A stretch of 64,000 bases of DNA, taken from contig NC_057718.1 in NCBI RefSeq assembly GCF_004010195.1, positions 63,905,905-63,969,904 on the forward strand. The letters run 5' to 3'. Position numbers and translations under genes: made by a program. This document shows positions 36,636 to 47,399 of this stretch, piece after piece. Source of the stretch: Chiloscyllium plagiosum (taxonomy: Eukaryota). Below the pieces are notes generated by a model. The model did no database searches. It was given only the letters and a program-made list of their open reading frames with translations, and was not told where the DNA came from. The stretch's first letter is position 1; each line of letters begins with the position of its first letter.

Positions 36636-38470
36636 GAGAGAAACGAGCAAACTGATTGCGTTGAAAATGTCCTTATACCGAGCCTGGAATTCATAAAACG
36701 CATGGTTACAGATTGTAGAGCAATACTTCAGAGTGTGTAGTGCCTCCCCCGCTTTGTTTTAAGATCAGCCAAAGCGCTGTTTTATCCACCAGCTCTTGCA
36801 GTCTCCTTCCCCTGCTGACAGACATTGATCACTTGCCCCCTGTTCATGTGAATCAGTTAGCTGGAGTTTTGCCACCTGACATTTGGGACAGATTGGGGGG
36901 GGGGGGGGGCGACACAGGACACTTCAAGATCTGCACAGTTTTGAAACGCGTTGCAAAATCTGGCCCAAGAATTGCGCCAGCAATTTTTTAGGCTTTGCTC
37001 CAAGATTTTGTATTTTGACATTTGTGGAAGGGAGGGAGGGTATCATTTTTTTATTTGTTTCAACATGTTGTTATTGTCAGAATGATAATAACGTGTATGT
37101 GGTGGTGGGGGGGGGTGTGGTGGCAGTTATATATGATTATCAATGCAGAGCCTGCGTCTCCAGCTTATGGTTTTACAGGTGAACAAGTGAAATGAAAGCT
37201 TCAATAATTTTCAATGTGATGTAAGGCCGCATGTTTCAGCTCTCTGGCCGCACATTAGCTATTGCTGTGGCGTGTATATGTGCAGGATTTATATAGATCA
37301 GGATACAGCAGATTTATGTAAACGGGTTTGTTATGTGACATGATTTCGAAAACGTGTTCAAGATGATCCAGTAATGTTCAGGAGTTCACTGTCCACGTTA
37401 TTTATACGACTCCAGTGATCAAGATGACAGGCACCATGCGGAGCTCAGCAAACGGGAACATTGAAAATCTCCAACCTTTAGATTAACCGGATTGATGATG
37501 TTTCTGTTTGCTTTGCAATTATCAAAGATTATGATACATCAGTCCCAATGGCTACAATATACTGGATCCTGGCATGTTGGATTGGAGCGGGATGCAGTTA
37601 ACGCCACAAAGAAACCAATCTCGTGTTTGTTTTTTAACATCCCAAATCATTTGCAGAAACTATTGCATTTGTAGAGTTCAGGCTGTTGACGTTTTTTTTA
37701 AAGCGGATGCTAGAAAGCTGAAATAAAAACAGAAAATGCTGTAGAAGAACTTCGGTTTTATTGTTTATTGTTTGATCTGAAGAATAGGCAGCATAACTGT
37801 CAGTGTAAAGTTAAGTCTGTCTTAACCACGACGTATCCAGAGTGTGCAGACCCAACAGTTCTTTGACTCACTTTGAATGCAACCAGCTTTCTAGTAAAGA
37901 CTGGCGAAGTTAGTACAAAAGATAACTACGGTTCAGTGACCTATTCTGGGGAGACCCAGCCTGTCCTTTGGAGGGCTGATTACTTTCAGTAGATAGTTCT
38001 CAATCACCCTCTAGTAAAGTGAAAACTAGAGACTGAATAATGAAAGACAAATGGGTAAAGTAAGAAAGTCGGAACAAGATAAAAAGAAGAAAATAAAACT
38101 TGTAGGAGATGACATGATCTACCTTTCCTGCCAAAACATGTAGATAAAAATCAATAATTCCCAAAGTCCACAAATGACTCAAGACATAGATTGTACCTGG
38201 CTTAGGGAAAGTGTTCCTACCTCTGGGTCAAGACCCAGCTGCTCTGTAGGTATGTTGCCAAACGCAAGAGCACACTGAGTGCCATGTGCAAGATGTACTG
38301 CAGCAACATGTCAAGGATCCTTTGAGAACCCCTTCCAAACTTGCGACATCCACCATGTCAGATAACAGCAGTAGCTGCATTACAACATCTGTTAGCTCTT
38401 GTGCAAGCCATTGTTACTTGGAATTATATTGCTGTATCTTCATTGTTGTTGGGCCAAAAATTGAAAACTC

Positions 38471-38928
38471 TGAAAATTGCAGGGAGAGCAACTACTATCA
38501 AGAGAGGCCCAAAAAAAGGAACACTCTCTATCAAAGGTACCTTTTCAAATGAAACAGATTTGCAGTAAAAAGAAAGAAGATGACCCAGGGAGCTCTTCAA
38601 CCGGAAGAAGACAGACACCGAAGACGATAGTCGCTGTGTGGTTTTGAAACTAAGTTGATGTAATTTTAATAAATGTCGTATTGGAATAGCATATTGTTAT
38701 AGAGTTGGAGGCAGATAATGAGCAGTTAAGAGAAAGGGGGGCTTAGAGTTGTGAATAGTTGTTGTTTAATGTTCTCTTTTAGAGGTAAAAAATAAATTGA
38801 TACTATTTTCTTTAAATAGTGGAATTTGGGAGTTTTCTGTCACTCATATTTCAACAGATTATGAGGCAAGGTGAGTTTTCTGGATGTTTAGTTTAATTAA
38901 TTAAAGGGTTCACCACGGTGTCATAACA
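38471..38928 (+). repeat. 5' LTR (U3 missing)
   Basis: Aligns to 46003-46358; ends TCATAACA, the reverse complement of the TGTTATGA that starts the 3' LTR. Confidence 0.85.
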
Positions 38929-39133
38929 GTTCAGGGGCTCCGGTCCGAGATTTGGGCAGGTTTAGGCAGACCCAGTCAGAGATTTGGACAGATTTGGACA
39001 GATTTGGGGTACAAAAGGTCCCAGTAGATTTAAGCACTTGCCGATTAGTGTCCAAAATCTTTAACTTAAACACAGGTGAGATAATTTGTTAAATTTCGGA
39101 TACTTGTGGTTGGTTAAATTAAAAGTGAGGGAA

Positions 39134-40662
39134 ATGGCTCTTAAGATTGCTAAAAACATTCTAAGGTTTGAAGATGCTTCCCAATTTTGCCAAGAAAGTA
39201 CAAAAAGATAGAGGAAGGACTTTTAGAATTAGCAAATAGGTTAACTTGGGTTTAACCAGGGACAGAAGGAAAGCTGAAATTGTAATGGAGTTGGTCAAGC
39301 ACTTAGATCTATCAGAGAATTAGATAAGTGCAGTAGAGTTAGAAAAACTTAAATTGCAATTGAGGCAAATGGATTTAGAAGATAAAGAAAAGGAAAGAAG
39401 AGATGTTAGAGAAACAGAGAGAAGAAAAAGAGAGAGGAAAAGAAAGGGAGAGAAGGTTCTTGGAGGAGCAAAGAGAGAGAGGAGAAAAAGAGGGAGAATG
39501 TGAAGTTCAGAAATTGTGAATTAGTCAGGAAAGTCACCTTAACAGGATAGAGATGAAGAGCGAAGGTAATGATGTATACAAATATGTCAAAAACGTTGCC
39601 ACATTTTGATTAGAGAAAGACGTCAAAGCCTTCTTAATTTGAAAAATTGACTAGGCAGGTACCTGTGGGTAATACAAGTTCAGATTAAGCTGGTAGGCAG
39701 AGCAAGTGAGGCATTTGCAGTGTAGTCAGATGAGGGGAATGAAATTATGCAGATGTTAAACAGGCCATTTTGAGTACTTATGAATTAGCACCAGAAGCGT
39801 ATAGACAGCGGTTCAGAAACATAAAGGGCGGCACGGTGGCTCAGTGGTTAGCACTGCTGCCTCACAGCACCAGAGTCCCAGATTCGTTTCCAGCCCTGGG
39901 TGACTGTCTGTGTGGAGTTTGCACATTCTCCCTGTGTCTGCGTGGGTTCCCTCCGGGTGTTCCGGTTTCCTAACACAGTCCAAAGATGTGCAGGTCAGGT
40001 GAATTGGCCATGCTAAATTGCCCCATAGTGTTGGGTGCATTAGTCAGAGGGAAAGGGGTCTGGGCGGGTTACTATTTGGAGGGTCGGTGTGAACTTGTTG
40101 GGCCGAAGGGCCTGTTTCCACACTGTAGGGAATCTAATCTAATCAAACCAGGTCAGACCTATGTTGAGTTTGAAAGATAGCAATTTTGATAGATGCGTGT
40201 GGGCCTTAAAAATAAATAAGACCTATGAGGTTCTTAGAGATTTTCCTGCTGGAGAGGTTTAAAAATACTTCCAGAGATGATAAGAATTCATGTGGATGAG
40301 CAGAAAGTTCAAGAAGTGAGAAGAGTGGCAGAGATGGCAGATAAACATGCACTTATGCATAAGGCAAAATTTAACTCCGGCAAGAATTTCATCCTGTGAG
40401 GGATAGAAATTGGGAGAAGGGGAGATCCTACACTAAAAAACAAAGGTTAGAGCACACTGATAATAGCTTACCACAGGTGGAAAAAGACATCCAAGAGGGT
40501 GAAAAGGAGGTGAAAGGCCTCAGGTGTTTCTACTGTGGTAAAGTGGAATATGTAAAGTGCCAGTGCTGGCTGTTGAAGAAATGCACTGTGGGAAAAGAGG
40601 CTGAGCCAGTGGGATTGGTGGAAGTAGTAAAGGAAACCCCAAGAAAAGTCAAGGAACTGTAG
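39134..40662 (+). pseudogene. gag: gag remnant: E/R/K coiled coil, SCAN-like capsid C-domain, zinc knuckle
   Basis: MALKIAK...YELAPEAYRQRFRNIK|SINE|KPGQTYVEFER...CFYCGKVEYVKCQC. Confidence 0.8.
39826..40144 (+). mobile_element. Full-length HE1-type SINE inserted in gag
   Basis: gggcggcacggtggctcagtggttagcactgctgcc...ccacactgtagggaatctaatctaatc. Confidence 0.92.
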
Positions 40663-40699
40663 GGAAGTGCACAACCTATGAAGGGGCTGGGTATTGAGT

Positions 40700-41100
40700 T
40701 GGTTTCCGATCTCTACAAAGACTTTGTCTCTGTGGGTAATGTTTACTCAGGAAGAACAGGGGAGAAGGGAAAGAAGTTATAATTTTGAGAGACATTGGAT
40801 CTAATCAGTCTCTAATAGTAAGAATTGAATGTATTTGCACTCTTTCTGACATGTTACCTGAGAGTATGGTAATTTGTGGAATAGATGGACAGAAATTTAG
40901 CATTCCCCTGTGTAAGATCAGGTTGGAGAGCCAAATCAAGACTGGGGAAATAACAGAGGGAATGATTGACAGAGTGTCAGTTCCAGGAATATTTGTTCTT
41001 GGGAGTGATTTAACAGGATCCAAGGTGGGAATGATACCCCTTGCTATGGAGAAGCCAAAGGAAGACCAGGGAATTGTGGAGTTAAAAGAAAAAAATCTGG
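40700..41100 (+). pseudogene. Aspartic protease remnant
   Basis: ILRDIGSNQSLI (degenerate DTG)...FVLGSDL. Confidence 0.75.
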
Positions 41101-41372
41101 AATTTTTCCAACTATGTAGTAACAAGATCCCACTATCATAAGCCACAGCAAGAAGCAAAAACTAAGGAGAAAGACAAAAGAGTTGAGGTTCAGTTAGTAG
41201 ACACCCTGTTTGATATAATGGTGCAGGAAAAACCTGAACAGGCAGAGGGTCAAGCAGAAGTGTTTAGTCCTGAAAGGCTATTGGCTTACAACAGAAAGAT
41301 GAGACAATAATATATATATATATATTGATACATACTCAGAAAAGGAATCAGAATGTATTCCTGAGGGTTATT

Positions 41373-41443
41373 ATAGACAATAGACAATAGGTGCAGGAGT
41401 AGGCCATTCAGCACTTTGAGCCTGCACCGCCATTCAATATAAT
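41373..41443 (-). mobile_element. Short CR1 3' tail inserted in pol
   Basis: tagacaatagacaataggtgcaggagtaggccattcagc interrupts EGYY|LKDRIL. Confidence 0.7.
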
Positions 41444-41549
41444 CATTATCTTAAAGATAGGATCCTAAAATGAAAATGGAGACCACTGCAGGTTAGTACA
41501 GAGGAGAAATGGGCAGAAGTGTCGTTTGTAGCATACAGACAGGCAGTAT

Positions 41550-44045
41550 TACAGGTAGCATATGAATTACCTATATGAGGTCATCTAGGTATAAGGAGGA
41601 CTCAGGCTAATGTATAAAAGCACTTCCATTGGCTTGGATTGCACAAGGGTGCGGTTAAATTTTGCCGTACATGTCATATATCACAAATATTAAGGAAGGC
41701 ACAGGCAACAATAAAACCAGCACCTTTGTTGCCAATTCCGCATTCGAAGAACCTTTCATACGGGTTATGCTTGATTGTGCAGAGTCATAAAGTCATAGAG
41801 ATGTACAGCATGGAAACAGACTCTTTGGTCTAACATGTCCATGCCGACCAGATATCCCAACTCAATCTAGTTCCACCTGCTAGCACCTGGCCCATATCCC
41901 TCCAAACCCTTCCTAGTCATATACCCATTCAAATGCCTCTTAAATGTTGCAATTGTACCAGCCTCCACCACTTCCTCTGGCAGCTCATTCCATACACGTA
42001 CCACCCTCTGAGTGAAAAAGTTGCCCCGTAGGTCTCTTTTATATCTTTCCCCTCTCACCTTAAACCTATGCCTTCTAGTTCAGGACGCCCCAACCCAAGG
42101 GAAAAGACTTTGCTTATTTACACTATCCATGCGCCTCATAATTTTGTAAACCTCTATAAGGTCACCCCTCAGCCTCCAATGCTCAAGAGAAAACAGCCCT
42201 AGCCTGTTCAGCTCTCCCTATAGCTCAAATCCTCCAACCCTGGCAACATCCTTGTAAATCTTTTCTCAACCCTTTCAAGTTTCACAACATCTTTCCAATA
42301 GGAAGGAGACCAGAATTGCATGCAATGTTCCAACAGTGGCCTAACCAATGTCCTGCACAGCTGCAACATGACCTCCCAACTCCTGTACTCAATACTCTGA
42401 CCAATGAAGGAAAGCATACCAAAATACCTTCTTCACTATCCTATCTACCTTTACTCCATTTTCAAGGAGCTATGAACCTGTACTCCAAGGTCTCTTTGTT
42501 CAGCAACACTCCATAGAACCTTACCATTAAGTGTATAAGTCCCGCTAAGATTTGCTTTCCCAAAATGCAGCACCTCATGTATATCTAAATTAAACTCCAT
42601 CTGCCACTTCTCAGCCCATTGGCCCATCTGGTCCAGATCCTGTTGTCATCTGAGGTAACCCTCTTCTCTGTCCACTACACCTCCAATTTTGGTGTCATCT
42701 CTAAATTTACTAACTGTACCTCTTATGCTCGCATCCAAATCATTTATGTAAATGACAAAATGTAGAGGACCCAGCACCAATCCTTGTGGAACTCCACTGG
42801 TCACAGGCTTCCAGTCTGAAAAACAACCCTCCACCACCACCCTCTTTCTTCTACCTTTGAGCCAGTTCTGTATCCAAATGGCTAGTTCTCTCTGTATTCC
42901 CTGAGGTCTAACCTTGCTAATCAGTCTCCCTTGGGGAACCTTGTCGAATGCCTTACTGAAGTCCATATAGGTCACATATCACATCTACCACTGTTACTTC
43001 TTCAAAAAACTCAATCAAGTTGGTGAGACATAATTTCCCATGCACAAAGCCATGTTGACTATCCCTAATCAGACCTTGCCTTTCCATATACATGTACATC
43101 CTGTCCCTCAGGATTCCTTCCAACAACTTGCTCACCACTGACATCAGGCTCACTGGTCTATAGTTCCCTGGCTTGTCCTTACCACCCTTCTTAAACAGTG
43201 GCACCACGTTAGCCAACCTCTAGACTTCCGGCACCTCACCTGTGACTATCAAATTTTAGGTTGCCTCCCTAAAATTAAAAGTGGGAATCAGTACTTGCTA
43301 ACCGTAATGGATGTGCCTACTAGATTTCCGGAGGCAATTCCATTTCGGATTATTAAGGGGAAAAGGAGTTAGTAGCTTTCTGTATGCAGTGTGGGCTACC
43401 CAGAGAGATTCAATCAGTCCAAGGATCCAATTTTACTGCCAGGCTGCTTAAGGAAGTCATGGAGAGCTTAGGAACACAGCACCTTAAATCAAGTGCATAC
43501 TATCCTGAATCTCAGCGAGTTTTGGAAAGGTGGCATCAGACCCTGAAGACCATGTCAAGACCATACAATCAGCATTACCAAAACGATTAGGATAAAATTA
43601 TCTAATTTGTACTGTTTGCCATTACAGATGCCCCAAATGCATCTACTCAGTTTAGTCCCTCTGAGGTCATCTTCGGATATGAAGTGAGAGGATCTTTGAA
43701 ATTAATTTAAGAAAAATTGACAAGACTGAAGTCAGAAATCTCACACTTGGATTATGTATCTGAGGTGAGGGAGAGATTAAATTGGGTAGGGTGAGTTAGC
43801 TAAACAGCACCTAAAGAGGGCACAGTGTAGAATGAAGCAGGTGGAAGATAAAAACTTTAAAATTCTGTTGTTTCCCTGAGGGGAGGTCTTTTGGTATTGT
43901 TACCAGTGGTTCGAAATCCCTTCAAAGCCAGGTTTAGTGGTCGCTATCAAATTGAGAAAAAATTAAGTCAGGTAAACTATTTGGTAAATCTGTCAGAAAG
44001 AAAAAACTTTATCAGGCATGTCGTGTGAATATGTTGAAACCTTAC
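41550..44045 (+). pseudogene. Integrase remnant (HHCC, DDE core, GPY/F module), split by CR1
   Basis: GHLG...FCRTCHISQ; RVMLDC|LINE|..SGNQYLLTVMDVPTRFPEAIP; GLPREIQS.QGSNF...ERWHQTLKTM; RFSGRYQI. Confidence 0.85.
41782..43250 (-). mobile_element. HER1/CR1 LINE (young, ~1.5 kb) inserted in integrase
   Basis: ANVVPLFKKGGKDKPGNYRPVSL, YMDFSKAFDKVP, GVPQG.VLGP; tail agtcatagag. Confidence 0.92.
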
Positions 44046-44260
44046 TATAGTAGAGACAGGGAACAGGAGAAACAGGTGTAAGTTACTGGCCCGGAGAGTG
44101 AGAATTCCTTTCCAGATGTCGTGGAGTTTGATGTGAGGAAGTTCTTGAGGAGTGGGATAGGTTAGTGAACTATCTGTCTCAGCAGCTAAGGTTCAATTGA
44201 AAGGTTTATCAAAACAGTATGAGGACATATGCAGGAATAAAATGAAGGACTAACACTATT

Positions 44261-45540
44261 GTGCATGAGGTGGAAGTAGGGAATGCTGTTCCAATAAAAC
44301 AACACTTCTACAGATTTAATCTTCTGAAAACCACACAGGTCCATAAGGAACTGCATGCAATGCTCAACGATGATATAATGGAACTGAGTCAGAGTGAATG
44401 GAGTTCACCAATCATGTTAGTTCCCAAACCTGACAGGACTCAGCAATTTTGTGCGGACTATCAGAAAGTCAATGCCATAACAAAGACAGACTCATACCCA
44501 ATACCAAGACTGGAGGACTGTATAGAGAAAGTTGGACAAGCCACTTACATCACAAAGTTGGACTTACTGCATGGTTATTGGCAAGTACCTTTATCAGAGA
44601 AAGCAAAAGATGTTTCTGCATTTGTAACCCCAAATGGGCTGCATCAATTCAAAGTGATGCCCTTTGGAATGAAGAACACACCAGGCACCTTCCAAAGACT
44701 CATGAACAGAGTTGTGGCTAGATTAACAAATTGTGCAGTGTATCTGGATGATATAGTGATGCTTAGCGAATCATGGAAAGATCACATGGTGCAGTTGGCT
44801 GAGCTCTTTGAATGATTACGAGAAGCAAAACTGGTACTAAACTTAAAGAAAACGGAATTCGTGAAGGCAGAGATAACATTCTTGGAAATAACATCAGTCA
44901 TGGAAGTTTGGCCCCAAGGAACGCCAAGACAAAGGCCATCAAGGAATTTCCATGACCAACCTCGAAGAAAGAGGTGCTTCGATTTTTGAGACTGAGTGGA
45001 TTCCACCGGAAGTTTGTTTCAAACTTCAGCAGCATGGTGACACTACTAACAGATTTACTAAAGAAGACCACAAAATTTCAGTGGACAGATCAATGCCAGG
45101 AGGCTTTTAAGAATTTACAAGAAGGTTTAACCACTGCACCAGTTTTAGCTACACCGCTACGTTTTGAAACACTTTAAATTTGCAATCAATGCTAACAGTA
45201 TAGGAATTGGAGCTGGATGATGATGGAATTGAATGGCCAGTTGGCTATTTTTCAAAGAAACTCAACACCCATCAGAGATAATAGTCTACCATTGAAAAAA
45301 GAATTATTGAGTTTGGTACTGGCCTTACAACATTTTAATGTTTACTTTATGATCAATTTGTCAGCGACATTTGTGTACACTGACCACAATCCTCTTACAT
45401 TCTTGGAATGATTTAAAAACAAAAATATGAGGCTATTTCACTGGATTCTTATGTTACAGACATTTAATTTACAAATTGTACATGTTGTGGGTCGTAAAAA
45501 TGTGATAGCAGATGCATTATCATATATTCAAAGGTAAAAG
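44261..45540 (+). pseudogene. pol: Reverse transcriptase + RNase H remnant
   Basis: WSSPIMLVPKPD..DY.KVNAIT..KLDLLHGYWQVP..MPFGMKN..YLDD; then ELLSLVLALQHF..YTDHNPL..NVIADALS. Confidence 0.9.
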
Positions 45541-45698
45541 TATGGATAAGATTGGACAGATTCCAATGATATATATGTGCAGTAATTAATATGGACTTAG
45601 ATTAATCACCTATGTATTTTATTGTAATGGGATTAAAAATTCGGAAAAAAAGAAGCCATCTTTTCATTATGATTCTTCATTTTTTCATAAGGGGGAGA

Positions 45699-46358
45699 TG
45701 TTATGAAGTTGAAGGCATGTACTGTACTTTTAAGAGAGACTGTTCTGAACTGAAAGTTTACAAGCATCTGTGATATGACTCGATGACAGTCTCACAGTTT
45801 ACAGGAAAATTGAAAATATGTAAAAACTTGGCTGTGAAATGGATACCTGAGTTGGTTGCTATTTTGACAACAATTCAAATTTAACCCATCAGTTTTAATT
45901 ATGCCCCGCAATACTAAAACCCAATCGAGTTTGAATTTTTTCTTTTGTAACATCGAACCAATGAGACAATCCAATGTTGGGAGTATAAAAATACAGGCAT
46001 TTTGAAAATTGCAGAGAGAGCAACTATCATCGAGACAGATCCAAGAAATTAGGAAACACTCTCTATTAAAGGTACCTTTTTATATGAAACGTATTTGCAG
46101 TAAAAAGAAAGAAGATGACCCAGGGAGGTCACTAGCCAGAAGAAGAATGACATCTAAGACAACAGCTGCTGTGTGGTTTTGAAATTAAGTTGATGTAATT
46201 TTAATAAGTGTTTTATTGTTATAGATTTGGAGGCAGATAATAAGCATTTCAGAGAAAGGGGGAGGGCTTAGAATTGTGAATAGTTGTTGTTTAATGTTCA
46301 CTTCTAGAGGTAAAAAAATCAATTGATATTATTTTCTTTAACACACCGTGTTGTAACA
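45699..46358 (+). repeat. 3' LTR (TG...CA), internal deletion in U5
   Basis: TGTTATG after the PPT; ends TTGTAACA; CCAAT at 45921, 45958, 45971 and TATAAAA at 45984. Confidence 0.88.
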
Positions 46359-46359
46359 A

Positions 46360-47350
46360 GAGTTACAGGGTCATGAGAGGTTTCAAAGCAAAGATGAGGA
46401 TTCCAAAATTGAGGCTGAGTCAGATAAAAAGCCAATGAAGATCAGAATGAACAGGGCTGCTAGGTGAAAGAATTTGGAGTAAATGAAGATTTAGATATCA
46501 GAGTTTCTAATGAGCACACCTTTACGTAGGCTGACAGCTAGGAGGGCAGGCTGGAGTTCATTGGAAGAATCAAGTCTAAAGGTAGCAGGGGTATGAACGA
46601 TGGGTTCAGCAGCAGATAAGAGGAAACAGGCAATGCATTTAAACAATGTTATGGAGGTGGAAGTAGATGGTCTAAGAGCAGACATGTGGTTGGGACTTAT
46701 TGCAGGATCAAATGTAACACCACGAGTTGGGATTAGTCTTGCTCATTCAAGACAGTTAACAAGGATTGAAACAAGAGGTAGGAAACAGAATGAGAACAGA
46801 AAAGGTGGGACTACCCGTAGCTGTGACATTGAGTAGTGAGGATATGAGTTAAAGATTTGGTACAAGGGTCTTTTTTAAAAATGGGAACAGATTTGTGAAA
46901 AACCAAAGGCAATGTCCACATTCTTGTCATTATTTAGCTTTAAGAAATTTTTACCTATTAAATATTGGATGTTGGATGAGGAGTGGATAAATCAAAGACT
47001 ATGGAGAGGTCCGTGGAGATGGTGGTGTGATACAGATCAGTGTTGCTGGGATACTAATGGAACCTAATGATTTTTTTTTCAGATGAAAGTTCTGAGAGGT
47101 AGTGAGTAGATAAGAAATAGAAGTGGGGTGAAGAATAGATTTGAGTAACTTCAGAGGTAACAGAGAGAGAGCAGAAAGAGAAACTTTTGCAGTGATTCAC
47201 TGGCTATGATTGGTTTGGGCAGTTCCACTCAGTTGGTCATCAAAAGAGAGGATTTTGAGGAGTATGCTGTTGTCAATTTATGAAAGCTGTAAACAGGTTA
47301 AGAAGTATCAGAAGAGATCATTTATCATGGACAGTTACAAAGAAAATTGG
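46360..47350 (-). mobile_element. Ancient L2-like LINE fragment
   Basis: Purine-rich decayed sequence resembling the antisense strand of L2 ORF2; recognised by eye only. Confidence 0.4.
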
Positions 47351-47399
47351 CCATTTTTGAAAGGAGTAGCAAGACCTTCTGATCCGCCTTGTCAACAAA

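Larger units (their letters stand above)
33500..37500. promoter_or_regulatory. CpG-island-like, TE-poor promoter region (probably bidirectional)
   Basis: CpGs and GC content are visibly higher than in the flanks. Motifs: GC box 34307-34312, E-boxes CACGTG 34575 and 34950, TGAGTCAGC 34828, ATTGG 34907, CTCF-like 34911-34925 and 35730-35743, CRE 33808-33815. Confidence 0.75.
38471..46358 (+). mobile_element. Gypsy LTR retrotransposon, Gmr1-like (gag-PR-IN-RT-RH), decayed
   Basis: Paired LTRs, tRNA-Pro-like PBS (~38931-38951), PPT AAGGGGGAGA 45689-45698; integrase precedes RT; many stops and frameshifts. Confidence 0.92.

Noticed and set aside
45540..45698. env gene or endogenous retrovirus
   Set aside because: Only ~160 bp separate RNase H from the PPT, and the RT is Gypsy-type.
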